From Clostridia bacterium (GTDB lineage: Bacteria > Bacillota > Clostridia > Oscillospirales > CAG-272), in the NCBI GenBank assembly GCA_017623355.1, contig JAGAPG010000020.1, positions 2,762 through 66,761 of the forward strand: a DNA stretch of 64,000 bases, read 5' to 3'. The notes beneath the pieces were generated by a model. It saw only the letters and a list, made by a program, of their open reading frames with translations. It did no database searches and was not told the origin of the DNA. Positions within the stretch are counted from its first letter, which is position 1, and each line of letters starts with the position of its first letter. This document shows, piece after piece, positions 27,151 to 38,019 of the stretch. Both the position numbers and the translations under genes were made by a program.

Positions 27151-27978
27151 ATGGCAACATTTTTAAGATATCCCGGCTTTAAAAGAAAGGCGGTTACACT
27201 CAGCTACGACGACGCTGTCGATTTTGATAAAAAGCTTATTGAAATAATGGGGGAATACGGTCTTAAGGGAACGTTTAACGTAAATCACGCAGGTATAGGC
27301 AAGGACGGCTGGCACTCAATGTCCGAGGACGAGCTTTTTAAGATGTATCTTGATTCGGGTAACGAGATTGCGGTTCACGGCGCGGAGCATTTTTCGCTTG
27401 GCGAGGTGGACGTGGCTATGGCGACTCGCGATATTCTTTTAAACAGAGAATTTCTTGAGAAGAAAACGGGCGGAATCGTTCGCGGAATGGCTTACGCAAA
27501 CGGCAGCTGCGATCAAAGAATTGCCGATATCGTTAAAAATTGCGGAATAGTATACGCAAGAACGGTAAATTCCACGCGCTCCTTTGAGCTTCCGAAGAAT
27601 TGGCTTCTTCTTGATCCGACAACGCATCACGCAGACAGTCAGCTTGACTCTCTTGTGGATAGATTTTTGTCTATAGATAAGTATCGTTATATGTGGTCAA
27701 ACTCTCCGAAGCTTTTCTATCTTTGGGGACACAGCTTTGAATTTGAAACGGGCAACAATTGGCATATAATCGAGGATTTTGCCAAAAAGATAAGCGGACG
27801 TGAGGATATTTGGTACGCTACAAACATAGAAATATACAATTATGTAAGCGCGTATGATTCACTTATATACTCTTGTGACGGAAGCATAATAACAAATCCA
27901 ACCTGCACAGACATTTACCTTGAATACTTTGGAAAGGAAATAATAGTTCCTGCCGGACAAAGCGTTATGGCAAGATAA
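27151..27978 (+). CDS. CE4 polysaccharide deacetylase family protein
   Basis: LSYDDA (TFDD-like motif 1), HGAEH (HxxxH motif 2), and GTFNV. Confidence 0.7.
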   Translation: MATFLRYPGFKRKAVTLSYDDAVDFDKKLIEIMGEYGLKGTFNVNHAGIGKDGWHSMSEDELFKMYLDSGNEIAVHGAEHFSLGEVDVAMATRDILLNREFLEKKTGGIVRGMAYANGSCDQRIADIVKNCGIVYARTVNSTRSFELPKNWLLLDPTTHHADSQLDSLVDRFLSIDKYRYMWSNSPKLFYLWGHSFEFETGNNWHIIEDFAKKISGREDIWYATNIEIYNYVSAYDSLIYSCDGSIITNPTCTDIYLEYFGKEIIVPAGQSVMAR

Positions 27979-27985
27979 TAGATTT

Positions 27986-28915
27986 ATGATTTGCAATTCG
28001 ATACTTGATGCTATGGGAAACACTCCGCTTATTCGATTGAACCGTATGGCTGATCCAAACGGTGCGGAGATCCTTGTAAAATTTGAAGGACTTAATATAG
28101 GCGGCTCTATAAAGACGAGGACTGCCTTCAATATGATAAGAGATGCCGAGGAAAAGGGGCTTATAAACGAAAATACGGTCATTGTAGAGCCGACAAGCGG
28201 AAACCAGGGAATAGGACTTTCCTTGGTCGGAGCTGTAAGAGGCTATAAGACCAAGATAATAATGCCCGACTCGGTAAGCGAGGAGAGAAGAAAGCTCGTG
28301 CGCCATTACGGAGCAGAGGTAATTCTCGTTCACGACGACGGAAATATCGGAAAATGTATCGAGGAGTGTATGAATTTGGCTCTTAAGATGCAAAGAGAGG
28401 ACAAAAACGTTTTCGTGCCTCAGCAGTTTGAAAACCCTGCAAACTCCGATATTCAAAGATCACAGACAGCTAAGGAGATAATCGAGCAGGCGGGCGGAAA
28501 AATTGACGGCTTCTGCTCCGGAATAGGAACGGGAGGAACTATAACGGGAATAGGAGAGGCTCTAAAGGCTGAAAATCCCGAAACGGTTATCTGGGCTGTT
28601 GAGCCAAGACACGCGGCAATACTTTCGGGCGGCTCTATCGGAACGCATATTCAAATGGGAATTGGCGACGGAGTTATTCCCGAAATATTAAATCAGGAAA
28701 TATACGACGGCATCTGCATAATCGACGACGAGGAGGCTATAAGAACCTCTAAGGAGCTCGCTTCAAAGGAAGGAATTATGTGCGGAATATCAAGCGGAAC
28801 GAATGTTTGCGCGGCTATAAAGCTTGCGAAAATGCTCGGCAAGGGAAAAAGAGTCGTTACCGTGCTTCCCGATACTGCGGAGAGATATTTTTCAACGCCG
28901 CTTTTTGATGATTGA
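27986..28915 (+). CDS. PLP-dependent cysteine synthase/CBS family protein (divergent CysK-like)
   Basis: GNTPLIRL, the PLP-Lys motif GGSIKTR (canonical SVKDR), the Asn-loop EPTSGNQG (canonical TSGNTG), and GIGTGGTITG. Confidence 0.8.
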   Translation: MICNSILDAMGNTPLIRLNRMADPNGAEILVKFEGLNIGGSIKTRTAFNMIRDAEEKGLINENTVIVEPTSGNQGIGLSLVGAVRGYKTKIIMPDSVSEERRKLVRHYGAEVILVHDDGNIGKCIEECMNLALKMQREDKNVFVPQQFENPANSDIQRSQTAKEIIEQAGGKIDGFCSGIGTGGTITGIGEALKAENPETVIWAVEPRHAAILSGGSIGTHIQMGIGDGVIPEILNQEIYDGICIIDDEEAIRTSKELASKEGIMCGISSGTNVCAAIKLAKMLGKGKRVVTVLPDTAERYFSTPLFDD

Positions 28916-28932
28916 TATATAAAGGAGTTATT

Positions 28933-30030
28933 ATGATATTTAACGGAGAAATAAAAGAGGTAATCGACGGACATCTTCATATCGACGGCTGCTATGAGGA
29001 TGACGGAGCTGATTTCTTGAACGGATTTGACGAATACATAGAAAAGGGTCCGTTCCGCGCGGTGTGTATAGCGGCGCTTCCGTCGGGGAAGAAGGGCGCG
29101 GCAAACAGAGATCCATCGAACAATATAATGGCGGCGTTTTGTAAGATAGCAAATCCTAAGGTTTACGCATTCGGCGGTCTTACCTATCGCAATTATCCCC
29201 AAGATCCCGATGCGCTTGGCGATATGGCGCTCGATGTTCAGTATAAGGAGCTTATGGATATAGGCTTTGACGGAATAAAGATGCTTGAGGGTAAGCCTAA
29301 TCTTTATAGATACGTAGGAAACAGGCTTGATAGCGATATGTTTGATGGATTTTTTGCAGAGGCTGAGAAAAACGGAACGCATATTCTTATGCACGCGTGC
29401 GATCCGATAGAGTTCTGGACCGAGGAGTACGCAACCCCGGAATATATAGCGAAGGGCTGGTCTTACGTTTCCGACGAATATCCGAAAAAAGAGGAGATTT
29501 ACGCTCAGGTAGAAAACATTCTTAAAAAGCATCCGAGGCTTTCTCTTACGCTTGCTCATTTTTACTTTATGGCAGACGATCTTTGCCGACTTGGCGCATT
29601 GTTTGACAAATATGAGAACTTAGGCGTTGATATCACCCCGGGCGGAGAGATGTATGTTTCGTTTGAAAAGAACAGAGATAAAACGAGAGATTTCTTTAAT
29701 AAATATTCGGACAGAATAATGCTCGGCACTGACGGAAGCTTTCCTAAATGTATGAGAGCTATGGAATGGCTTGCCGACAGAACATACAGATATATAACGA
29801 CAAACGACACCTTTATGGGCTTTGAGGACAAATATCAAACGGGACTTTTGCTTGAAAGGGATGCTCAGGAAAAAATTCTTTCAAAGAACTTTATAAGAAG
29901 GGTTTCCGATTCTCCCAAGCCGATAAATAAGGCTGCGCTCAAAAAATACATCGAAAAATATAAGCATCTTATAAGAGATGAAAAGGCGCTTGCGCTTGTG
30001 GAAAAATATTCGGAGCAGCTTTTAAAATAA
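28933..30030 (+). CDS. amidohydrolase-superfamily metal-dependent hydrolase
   Basis: HLHIDG near the N-terminus, HACD, and LAHF..DD. ATG at 28933 follows AAGGAG. Confidence 0.6.
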   Translation: MIFNGEIKEVIDGHLHIDGCYEDDGADFLNGFDEYIEKGPFRAVCIAALPSGKKGAANRDPSNNIMAAFCKIANPKVYAFGGLTYRNYPQDPDALGDMALDVQYKELMDIGFDGIKMLEGKPNLYRYVGNRLDSDMFDGFFAEAEKNGTHILMHACDPIEFWTEEYATPEYIAKGWSYVSDEYPKKEEIYAQVENILKKHPRLSLTLAHFYFMADDLCRLGALFDKYENLGVDITPGGEMYVSFEKNRDKTRDFFNKYSDRIMLGTDGSFPKCMRAMEWLADRTYRYITTNDTFMGFEDKYQTGLLLERDAQEKILSKNFIRRVSDSPKPINKAALKKYIEKYKHLIRDEKALALVEKYSEQLLK

Positions 30031-30061
30031 GCGCATTTTGGCTAAAAATTTCATAAAAAAG

Positions 30062-30100
30062 CAGGACAGAATTTAAAAAAGTTAAATTTTGTCCTGTTTT
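30062..30100 (+). terminator. intrinsic terminator
   Basis: caggacagaattt pairs with aaattttgtcctg in a 13-bp stem, followed by tttt. Confidence 0.8.
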
Positions 30101-30177
30101 AGCAGTAAATTGTCGTGCTATAATGCGTGTTATATTGTAGAATATAATCAGGATATTTTTATAAAGGAGTGATAGAC

Positions 30178-32166
30178 TTGTTAATGAAAAAAGACAACGC
30201 GCTGGAGAGATTTTTTAATTCAGAGCTTGTAAGAATAGAGCCTTGGGGCAAAAATGCGTTAAGAGTCCGTGTTTCTCCCGACGGAAGGCTAAGCTCGGAA
30301 AACCGCGCGCTTATAGAGCAGGAGACGGTCAATGCCACGGTTGAGATAGACGGAGAAAGCGCATCTATCGTAAACGGAAACGCCAAGGCGATTATTGATA
30401 AAAACGGAAAGATAACCTTCTTTAATCAAAACGGAAGAAAGGTGCTTGAGGAGGCGCTAAGGCTTCAGCCTCTTAAAACGCCTGCAAGATTTTTCAAGCC
30501 TCAGCTTATGGGTAAGTATCAGCTTACCGTGAGCTTTGAGAGTGATCCTTGCGAGAGAATATTCGGTATGGGACAGTATCAGCAGCCGTTTCTTAATTTA
30601 AAGGGCTGCGTTCTTGAGATGGCGCACAGAAATTCGCAAGCGTCCGTTCCGTTTTATATATCGGATCTCGGATACGGCTTTCTTTGGAACATTCCCGCAA
30701 TAGGCGAGGCGTCGTTCGGAAAAAATATAACGAAATTCAAGGCGGAATCAACGAGCGAGCTTGATTATCTTATAATAATCGACGATACTCCCGCAGATAT
30801 AGAAAGAGCGTATATGTCCTGCGTTGGCAGAGCTCCTATGATGCCCGAATTTGCCCTTGGCTTCTGGCAATCGAAGCTCAGATACCGCAATCAAGAGGAG
30901 CTACTTAATATCGCAAGAGGCTACAAGGAGCGCGGGGTTCCGCTATCCGTTATAGTTTGCGACTTTTTCCATTGGCCGCATCAGGGTGATTTCCGCTTCG
31001 ATTACGATTATTTTCCCGATCCCGAAAAAATGACCGAGGAGCTAAGAGAAATGGGAACGGAGCTTATGGTTTCCGTTTGGCCAACGATCGAGTTCGGAAG
31101 CGAAAATTACCGTGAAATGCTTGAGAAGGGCTATCTTATAAGAAACGACAGAGGTCCGTTCAATCATACGGAGTTCGTTCATCCGTCCGTGTTTTACGAT
31201 GCGACAAATCCCGGCGCGAGAAAATTCGTTTGGGATACGGTTAAGAAAAATTATTACGATAAGGGCGTGCGTCTTTTCTGGCTTGACGAGGCTGAGCCTG
31301 AATATATGCTTTACGATTTTGACAATCACCGCTACTACGAGGGCAACTGCGCCGAGGTAGGAAACATATATCCCGTAAGATACGCTCAGGGCTTTTACGA
31401 GGGACTAAAAAGCGTTGGAGAAAAGGAGATAATAAGCCTTGTTCGCTGTGCTTGGGCAGGAAGCGCAAAATACGGTGCGCTCGTTTGGTCGGGAGATATA
31501 ATGCCTACGTTTGAGGCGCTTAACGATCAGGTAAGAGCAGGACTTAATATGGCGATAGCGGGTATTCCGTGGTGGACGACAGATATCGGCGGCTTTGATT
31601 ACGGCGATCCGACAGATAACGATTACAGAGAGCTTACCGTGCGTTGGTTTGAGTATGCGACATTCTGTCCTGTTTTAAGGCTTCACGGCTACAGAGCTCC
31701 GTACATTCCCGCAGACGAGGGAGCGACAGGCGGCGGACAGTGCTACACCGGCGGAGATAACGAGATATGGAGCTTTGGCGACGAGGCTTACGAGATAATG
31801 AAGGATCATATCTTTCTTCGCGAAAGGCTGAAGCCTTATATAAGCGATCTTATGAAGGCGGCGCACGAAAAGGGAGATCCGCCAATGCGTCCTCTTTTCT
31901 ACGATTTTCCGTCTGACAAGAGAGTATGGGATATAGATACTGAATATATGCTCGGCAAGGATCTTTTGGTTGCGCCGATACTTGAGCTTGGAGCAAGAGA
32001 CAGATACGTTTATCTTCCCTTGGGTGAAAGCTGGATAGAGGTGCTTACGGGCAACGAATATATGGGCGGAACGTCCGTTACCGCCGACGCTCCGCTTGAT
32101 ACGATACCGTTGTTTATTCGCAAGGGCTCGGAGCTTAAAAGAGAAATATTTATAAAGGAGAAATAA
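30178..32166 (+). CDS. GH31 alpha-xylosidase/alpha-glucosidase
   Basis: FWQSKLRYRNQEE..GVPLSVIVCDFFHW, FWLDEAEPE (nucleophile region) and WSGD. The start is TTG 30178, 8 nt after GGAG, or ATG 30184. Confidence 0.85.
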   Translation: MLMKKDNALERFFNSELVRIEPWGKNALRVRVSPDGRLSSENRALIEQETVNATVEIDGESASIVNGNAKAIIDKNGKITFFNQNGRKVLEEALRLQPLKTPARFFKPQLMGKYQLTVSFESDPCERIFGMGQYQQPFLNLKGCVLEMAHRNSQASVPFYISDLGYGFLWNIPAIGEASFGKNITKFKAESTSELDYLIIIDDTPADIERAYMSCVGRAPMMPEFALGFWQSKLRYRNQEELLNIARGYKERGVPLSVIVCDFFHWPHQGDFRFDYDYFPDPEKMTEELREMGTELMVSVWPTIEFGSENYREMLEKGYLIRNDRGPFNHTEFVHPSVFYDATNPGARKFVWDTVKKNYYDKGVRLFWLDEAEPEYMLYDFDNHRYYEGNCAEVGNIYPVRYAQGFYEGLKSVGEKEIISLVRCAWAGSAKYGALVWSGDIMPTFEALNDQVRAGLNMAIAGIPWWTTDIGGFDYGDPTDNDYRELTVRWFEYATFCPVLRLHGYRAPYIPADEGATGGGQCYTGGDNEIWSFGDEAYEIMKDHIFLRERLKPYISDLMKAAHEKGDPPMRPLFYDFPSDKRVWDIDTEYMLGKDLLVAPILELGARDRYVYLPLGESWIEVLTGNEYMGGTSVTADAPLDTIPLFIRKGSELKREIFIKEK

Positions 32167-32169
32167 AAA

Positions 32170-33489
32170 ATGAGCGAAATTTTTAACGTTGGAAAAATAA
32201 AATACGAAGGACCTAAAAGCAAAAATCCGCTTTCCTTCAAGCATTATGATGCTGATATGGTGATCGGCGGAAAGACTATGAGAGAGCAGCTGAGATTTGC
32301 TATGTCCTATTGGCACACGATTTGTGGTGAGGGAACTGATATGTTCGGTATCGGCACAATAGACAAGAGCTTTGGCGAAAAGGATGCTATGAAGATAGCA
32401 GAAAAGAAGGTTCAGGCGGCTTTCGAGATAATGGATAAGCTCGGAATAGATTATTTTTGCTTCCACGACAAGGATATTGCTCCCGAGGGAGATTCTCTTA
32501 GTGAGTTCCACGCTAACCTTGATAAGATAGTTCCGATAATTAAGGAAAATATGAAGAAGTACAATAAAAAGCTCCTTTGGGGAACTGCGAATCTCTTTAA
32601 TAATCCGAGATACGTTCACGGCGCAGGCACAAGCCCTTATGCTGACGTTTACGCATATGCTGCGGCTCAGGTAAAGAAGGCGCTTGATATTACCATTGAG
32701 CTCGGCGGAGAGGGATATGTATTCTGGGGCGGACGCGAGGGATACGAAACGCTTCTCAACACAGATATGGGACTTGAGCTTGACAATATGGCAAGACTTC
32801 TTAAAATGTCTGTAAAATATGCAAGAGAGCACGGCTTTAAGGGTGATTTCTATATCGAGCCTAAGCCGAAGGAGCCTACAAAGCATCAATATGATTTCGA
32901 TACTGCGACAGTAGTTGCCTTCCTTCGCAAATACGGTCTTGAAAAAGATTTCAAGATGAATATAGAGGCTAATCACGCTACCTTGGCAGGCCACACCTTT
33001 GAGCACGAGCTTTGCACCGCGCGTATAAACGGCGTGTTTGGCTCTATCGACGCTAACCAAGGCGACTACTTGCTCGGCTGGGATACTGACCAATTCCCGA
33101 CAGACGTATATAATGCTACCTACTGTATGCTTGAGGTTTTAAGAGCAGGCGGATTTACAAACGGCGGTCTTAACTTTGACTCCAAGCCCCGTCGCGGATC
33201 TATGACTGACGAGGATATCTTCCTTTCTTATATTTCGGGTATGGATGCGTTTGCTCTCGGTCTTAAGATTGCAAACAAGATTATCGAGGACGGAAGAATA
33301 GACGAGTTCGTTGCACAGCGCTATTCTTCCTATAACAGCGGTATAGGTGCTGACATAGTAAACGGAAAAGCAACTCTTGAGAGCCTTAGCGAATACGCGC
33401 TTTCTCTTAATAAGGTAGAGCTTAAAAAGAGTGGCAGACAGGAATATCTTGAAAGCGTTATAAACTCTATTATGTTTGAGGGTATATGA
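32170..33489 (+). CDS. xylA: xylose isomerase
   Basis: 439 aa with [27 protein letters not shown] and [14 protein letters not shown]. Confidence 0.95.
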   Translation: MSEIFNVGKIKYEGPKSKNPLSFKHYDADMVIGGKTMREQLRFAMSYWHTICGEGTDMFGIGTIDKSFGEKDAMKIAEKKVQAAFEIMDKLGIDYFCFHDKDIAPEGDSLSEFHANLDKIVPIIKENMKKYNKKLLWGTANLFNNPRYVHGAGTSPYADVYAYAAAQVKKALDITIELGGEGYVFWGGREGYETLLNTDMGLELDNMARLLKMSVKYAREHGFKGDFYIEPKPKEPTKHQYDFDTATVVAFLRKYGLEKDFKMNIEANHATLAGHTFEHELCTARINGVFGSIDANQGDYLLGWDTDQFPTDVYNATYCMLEVLRAGGFTNGGLNFDSKPRRGSMTDEDIFLSYISGMDAFALGLKIANKIIEDGRIDEFVAQRYSSYNSGIGADIVNGKATLESLSEYALSLNKVELKKSGRQEYLESVINSIMFEGI

Positions 33490-34955
33490 TGAGATATCTT
33501 ATTGGAATAGATATAGGCACATCGGGCACAAAGACCGTTTTGTTTGACGAGAACGGAAAAAATATCCGTCAAAAGACGGTTGAATATCCGATGTCTCAGC
33601 CGAAAAACGGCTGGGCAGAGCAGGATCCCGATGATTGGTACAACGCCGTTTTGGAAACGCTTAAATACGTAAGCGAGGGTGTTGAGGGAATATCGGGTAT
33701 CGGCTTTAGCGGTCAGATGCACGGTCTTGTTATGCTTGACGGTGACGGAAGAGTTATTCGTCCGTCGATAATCTGGTGCGATCAGCGCACGGGCAAGGAA
33801 TGTGAGGAGATAACCGAGCGTGTCGGTAAAGAGAGGCTTGTCGAGATAACTGCAAATCCTGCGCTGACGGGCTTTACCGCATCCAAAATTCTTTGGGTGA
33901 GAAATAACGAGCCCGAAAATTATAAAAAATGCAAGCATATTTTGCTCCCTAAGGATTATATAAGATACCGCCTTACGGGAGAATTTGCAACAGATGTTTC
34001 CGATGCGTCGGGAATGCAGCTTCTTGATGTTGCCAAGCGCGATTGGTCGGATGAGGTGCTTGAAAAGCTTGATATTGACAAGAGTCTTCTTGCAAGGGTG
34101 TACGAGAGCTGTGAGGTTACGGGCTACGTTAAGAATATCGGCATTTTAGAGGGAGTTCCCGTTGTTGCGGGCGCGGGAGATAATGCGGCGGCAGCTGTGG
34201 GAAGCGGAACTGTAACGGCAGGCAAGGCGTTTACCACGATTGGCACAAGCGGAGTCGTTTACGCTCACACCGATGCGCCTGTTATAGATAAGGCTGGCAG
34301 GGTTCATACATTTTGCTGCGCCGTGCCGAATAAGTGGCACGTAATGGGCGTAACTCAGGGCGCAGGTCTTTCGCTTAAATGGTTCAGAAGCAATTTTGCC
34401 CCCGAGCTTTCGTATAAGGAAATAGATAAGATAGCCGAGGGAGTGTCGATTGGCGCGGATAAGCTTTTATATCTTCCTTATCTTATGGGAGAGAGAACTC
34501 CGCATCTTGATCCAAATGCGCGAGGAACGTTTGTCGGAATCAGTGCGATACACGAAAAAAAGCATTTCCTGCGCGCGGTAATGGAAGGGGTTTCGTATTC
34601 GCTAAGAGATTGTCTTGAGGTGCTTTACGAAATGGGAATTCCCGTTTCGGAGATGCTTGCGGTCGGTGGCGGAGGAACGAGTGCTTTCTGGAGAAGAATG
34701 CTTTGCGATCTTTATAATATGCAAACGAAAACTATCGTTGCGGGCGAGGGCGCGTGTCTTGGAGCTGCTATTTTGGCTGGCGTTGGCACAGGCGTTTATC
34801 CGTCGGTTGAGGAAGCCTGCGATAGTATAATTTCGTACTCCGATCCCGAAATACCGAGCGAGAGTGCTCATGCGGAATACGAAAAATCATACGCGGTTTA
34901 CCGTAACGTATATAAGGGACTTAAGGATACGTTCTCAGCTCTTTCCGAGCTTTAA
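33486..34955 (+). CDS. xylB: xylulokinase
   Basis: [26 protein letters not shown], and a FGGY C-terminal domain with GGG.S. ATGA overlap with xylA. Confidence 0.92.
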   Translation: MMRYLIGIDIGTSGTKTVLFDENGKNIRQKTVEYPMSQPKNGWAEQDPDDWYNAVLETLKYVSEGVEGISGIGFSGQMHGLVMLDGDGRVIRPSIIWCDQRTGKECEEITERVGKERLVEITANPALTGFTASKILWVRNNEPENYKKCKHILLPKDYIRYRLTGEFATDVSDASGMQLLDVAKRDWSDEVLEKLDIDKSLLARVYESCEVTGYVKNIGILEGVPVVAGAGDNAAAAVGSGTVTAGKAFTTIGTSGVVYAHTDAPVIDKAGRVHTFCCAVPNKWHVMGVTQGAGLSLKWFRSNFAPELSYKEIDKIAEGVSIGADKLLYLPYLMGERTPHLDPNARGTFVGISAIHEKKHFLRAVMEGVSYSLRDCLEVLYEMGIPVSEMLAVGGGGTSAFWRRMLCDLYNMQTKTIVAGEGACLGAAILAGVGTGVYPSVEEACDSIISYSDPEIPSESAHAEYEKSYAVYRNVYKGLKDTFSALSEL

Positions 34956-34969
34956 TTTAATATCTTTTT

Positions 34970-35002
34970 GGCGTACTTGCATAGGCAGGTACGCCTTTTT
35001 TT
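34970..35002 (+). terminator. intrinsic terminator after xylB
   Basis: ggcgtac...gtacgcc followed by ttttttt. Confidence 0.85.
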
Positions 35003-35005
35003 ATC

Positions 35006-35049
35006 AAAAAGAGTATCTGATAAACAAAGCAAAGCTGTTAAGTCGGTGC
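35006..35049. repeat. degenerate partial copy of the dispersed repeat family (copy 5)
   Basis: gagtatctgataaacaaagcaaagctgttaagtcggtg resembles gtgtcttaaaat..gcacaagcaaaagtaaggctataaagtcggtg at 19150-19200. Confidence 0.45.
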
Positions 35050-35136
35050 GATCTCACGATGTCAGTGGGGCTTGGGCGCTACTTGTCCGTTTTGTCCGTT
35101 TTTTTGTGTTAGAATTTAATTGTCGCAAGGGAAGCG

Positions 35137-35484
35137 TTGCAGCGACAGCGGCGCTTTCAAAAAATGATCGGAGGGAGAAGAATAGACGAAAGAACAGTAA
35201 AAAAGCTTAAAAGGATACTTCTCAAAATAGCAAGCTCAAACGCTAACGATCTGCTTGAATGGTGTAAGAGCGCTTCGCAGGGGGAGCAGAACGCTACGGC
35301 TATGAGCGACGAGCTTGCGCTCAGCGTTTCGTCAATAAAGATGAAATCGTCGAACGGGAATCTCGAATACGAGATAAAGCTCGTTGATAAGCTGAAGGCG
35401 ATAGAGCTTTTGTCGAAGCTTCTCGGCATCTCCGAGGAGAGTGAGGGGGGAGAGCTAACGATAAATTATGACTACCGAGAATAG
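35137..35484 (+). pseudogene. terminase small subunit, 5'-truncated
   Basis: The C-terminal KLVDKLKAIELLSKLLGI is the conserved DKxKALELLGKHLG motif of Terminase_2-type TerS. The N-terminal HTH part is absent and there is no RBS or ATG at the ORF start. Confidence 0.65.
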
Positions 35485-36745
35485 CGTTTTCGTGCCGATG
35501 AATGAAACGTTTCGCGAGTCTAACTCGGTAAGAGCCAGATACAGAGTGGAGTGTGGCTCTGCGGGAAGCGGAAAGAGTGTAAACGTTGCAAGAGATTATA
35601 TAATTAAGCTTTCTGACAAGGCGTATTCGGGAGCAAATTTGCTTTGTGTAAGAAAGACTGAAAGCTCGCATTTTGACAGCACGTACGCGGAGCTTACAAG
35701 AGCTATAAAGGATATTTTCGGAAAGCGGTGGCAGAGGTATTGGGAGCTTTCACGATCACCGTTAAGGATGCGCTGCAGGACTACGGGAAACGAAATAATC
35801 TTTCGCGGAACGAAGGATGACAGCCAAAGAGAGAAGCTGAAATCCATTCAAAGCGCGCAGGGAAAGATAGTGTGGGTGTGGATAGAGGAGGCAACGGAGC
35901 TTGACCCCGGCGATCTTGATATAATAGACGACCGACTTCGTGGCTCGCTTGAGGAAATAAATCCAAGGCTTTACTATCAGATAACGCTCACCTTCAATCC
36001 CGTAAGCGCAAATCATTGGATAAAGAAAAGGTTTTTCGACAAGGCGGACCCTCTTGCATATACTCACAGATCAAATTATCTTCAGAATGCGTTTATAGAC
36101 TCGGAATACCACAAAAGAATGATGCGAAGACGTGAAAACGACCCTGAGGGGTATCGTATTTATGGGCTTGGAGAGTGGGGCGAGAGCGATGGCTTGATCC
36201 TGCCGAAATACGAGGTCAGAGAGCTTGATAAGCGCTTTGAGCATTACGATAGCGTTTATATCGGTCAGGACTTTGGCTACAATCACGCGAACTGTATTTT
36301 AACGGTAGGCTTTCGTGACGGAGATGCTTATGTGCTTGGCGAGCTGTACACAAGAGGACTTGACACCTCGGAGATAATTGAGCTTGCAAAGCGCGCAAAA
36401 GTATCGCAAGCGGTGCCGATGTACTGTGACAGTGCAGAGCCCGACCGCATAAGGACGTGGAAAAAAGCAGGATTTTTCGCCGTTGCCGTTAAAAAAGAGC
36501 CCGGATCTGTCGGCGCGCAGATAGATTATTTAAAGAGCCACAGGCTTTTTATCGACACGTCCTGCGAAAATCTCATACGGGAGATAAGCATGTGGAAGTG
36601 GGAAAGGGATACTGACAGCGGAGAGTATACCGATATTCCCGTTTGCACCTGTGACGATGCGATAGCGGCGCTCCGCTATTCCATAGAGGGTGTAAGAAAA
36701 GGCAGAAGACTCCGCACAATATCAAAAAGCACACTCGGCATATGA
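35468..36745 (+). CDS. terminase large subunit (PBSX-type)
   Basis: Walker A GSAGSGKS, WIEEA (Walker B), and a C-terminal nuclease region DSAEPDRI. Confidence 0.88.
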   Translation: MTTENSVFVPMNETFRESNSVRARYRVECGSAGSGKSVNVARDYIIKLSDKAYSGANLLCVRKTESSHFDSTYAELTRAIKDIFGKRWQRYWELSRSPLRMRCRTTGNEIIFRGTKDDSQREKLKSIQSAQGKIVWVWIEEATELDPGDLDIIDDRLRGSLEEINPRLYYQITLTFNPVSANHWIKKRFFDKADPLAYTHRSNYLQNAFIDSEYHKRMMRRRENDPEGYRIYGLGEWGESDGLILPKYEVRELDKRFEHYDSVYIGQDFGYNHANCILTVGFRDGDAYVLGELYTRGLDTSEIIELAKRAKVSQAVPMYCDSAEPDRIRTWKKAGFFAVAVKKEPGSVGAQIDYLKSHRLFIDTSCENLIREISMWKWERDTDSGEYTDIPVCTCDDAIAALRYSIEGVRKGRRLRTISKSTLGI

Positions 36746-36763
36746 CGGGTGAGAAAGGAAAAA

Positions 36764-38011
36764 ATGACACAGGAACAGATCAAGGAAATTATCGAAAATT
36801 TCAATTCTCAGACACTCCCCAGGCTTAAAAGGCTCAAAAACTATTATTCGGGCAATCACGATATTCTTAATAAAACGAAGGATGCGGGCAAGCCGAACAA
36901 TCAGCTCGTTAATAATTTTTGCAAAAACATCACCGACACGACAGTGGGATATTTTATGGGCACGCCCGTTTGCTATTCCTCGGACAGAGAGGAGCTTATC
37001 GGCAGTATAAGGCTCATAAACGATTATAACGACGAGCAGTTTATAAACAGCCGTCTTTCAAAGGATCTTTCTGTATACGGCGTTGCCTGCGAGCTTGTTT
37101 ATTATGACGAGGATAAGATGATAAGAATAGCTCCGTGCGATGTTTTAAGCACGATACCCGTTTATTCGCCGTCAATAGATAGGGAGCTTAGCGCCGCGAT
37201 AAGAATTTACGAGCTTGAAGACGCCGAGGATGAGGATACCGTAGGGCTTGAGATCTATGACAGTAATCTCGTAAGCTACTATTCGTACAACACCTCAAGC
37301 GGCGAGGCGGTTATGATAAGAAGCGTTCCGCATTATTTTGGGTTAGTGCCGATAAACTTCTATTATAATAACTCCGATAAGACGGGTGATTTTGAGTCGG
37401 TAATGACACTTGTTGACGCGTATAACGAGCTTCAAAGCGAGAGCGTGAACGATTTTGAGCTTTTTGCGGATTCGTATCTTGCGGTTACGGGAATGAACGC
37501 GACAGACGCTGAGGACATAGCGAAGCTGCGTGAAAACAGAGTATTGCTTATTGACGAAGGCGGAGATGCAAAGTGGCTCACAAAGAGCGTGAACGATGCG
37601 TATATTGAAAACCTCAAGAAAAGAATATCATCAGATATCTACCGCTTCTCCGGCTCTGTTGATATGACGGACGATGCAATAGGCGAAAGCGCGTCGGGAG
37701 TGGCGATAAAATACAGACTCCTTAACTTTGAAAACAGAGTTTCGGTTACGGAGAGATATTTTAAGAAATCGCTTATGCGCAGATACGAGATGATATGCAA
37801 TATGCTAAACACTCTCGGAAACGACTACAGCGCGACGGAGATAAGGATAACCTTTACGAGAAATATTCCCGAAAATCCTATTGATAACGCGGATTACGCA
37901 CAGAAGATGGCGGGGGTAGTGTCGAGAAAGACGCTTCTTGAAAGAATACCGTTCGTTGATGACGTGGATAGCGAAATGTCGCGGATAAGAGAAGAAAGCA
38001 TTAATAATTAG
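36764..38011 (+). CDS. portal protein (SPP1 gp6-like)
   Basis: N-terminal R..RLKNYYSGNHDIL, ~415 aa, positioned after terL. Confidence 0.85.
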   Translation: MTQEQIKEIIENFNSQTLPRLKRLKNYYSGNHDILNKTKDAGKPNNQLVNNFCKNITDTTVGYFMGTPVCYSSDREELIGSIRLINDYNDEQFINSRLSKDLSVYGVACELVYYDEDKMIRIAPCDVLSTIPVYSPSIDRELSAAIRIYELEDAEDEDTVGLEIYDSNLVSYYSYNTSSGEAVMIRSVPHYFGLVPINFYYNNSDKTGDFESVMTLVDAYNELQSESVNDFELFADSYLAVTGMNATDAEDIAKLRENRVLLIDEGGDAKWLTKSVNDAYIENLKKRISSDIYRFSGSVDMTDDAIGESASGVAIKYRLLNFENRVSVTERYFKKSLMRRYEMICNMLNTLGNDYSATEIRITFTRNIPENPIDNADYAQKMAGVVSRKTLLERIPFVDDVDSEMSRIREESINN

Positions 38012-38019
38012 GAGGAAAA

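Noticed and set aside
28693-29559. 288-aa minus-strand ORF antisense to the CysK-like/amidohydrolase genes. The same applies to 41273-42154 (293 aa), 22906-23577 (223 aa), 33330-33938 (202 aa), 55547-56203 (218 aa), 9369-9989 (206 aa) and 16340-16822 (160 aa).
   Set aside because: All lie fully inside well-supported genes on the opposite strand and look like antisense-frame artefacts of codon bias. None has a start-site context.
31675-33093. 472-aa minus-strand ORF antisense to GH31/xylA
   Set aside because: It is a shadow ORF opposite two strongly supported genes. It has no RBS, a low-complexity composition rich in Leu/Ser/Arg/Ile/Lys, and no recognisable motif.
35119-35129. 11-mer attgtcgcaag at the phage-island boundary, which is the reverse complement of cttgcgacaat in the iteron cluster at 63901-63911
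   Set aside because: A single shared 11-mer is expected by chance many times in 64 kb on two strands, and the flanks do not match.
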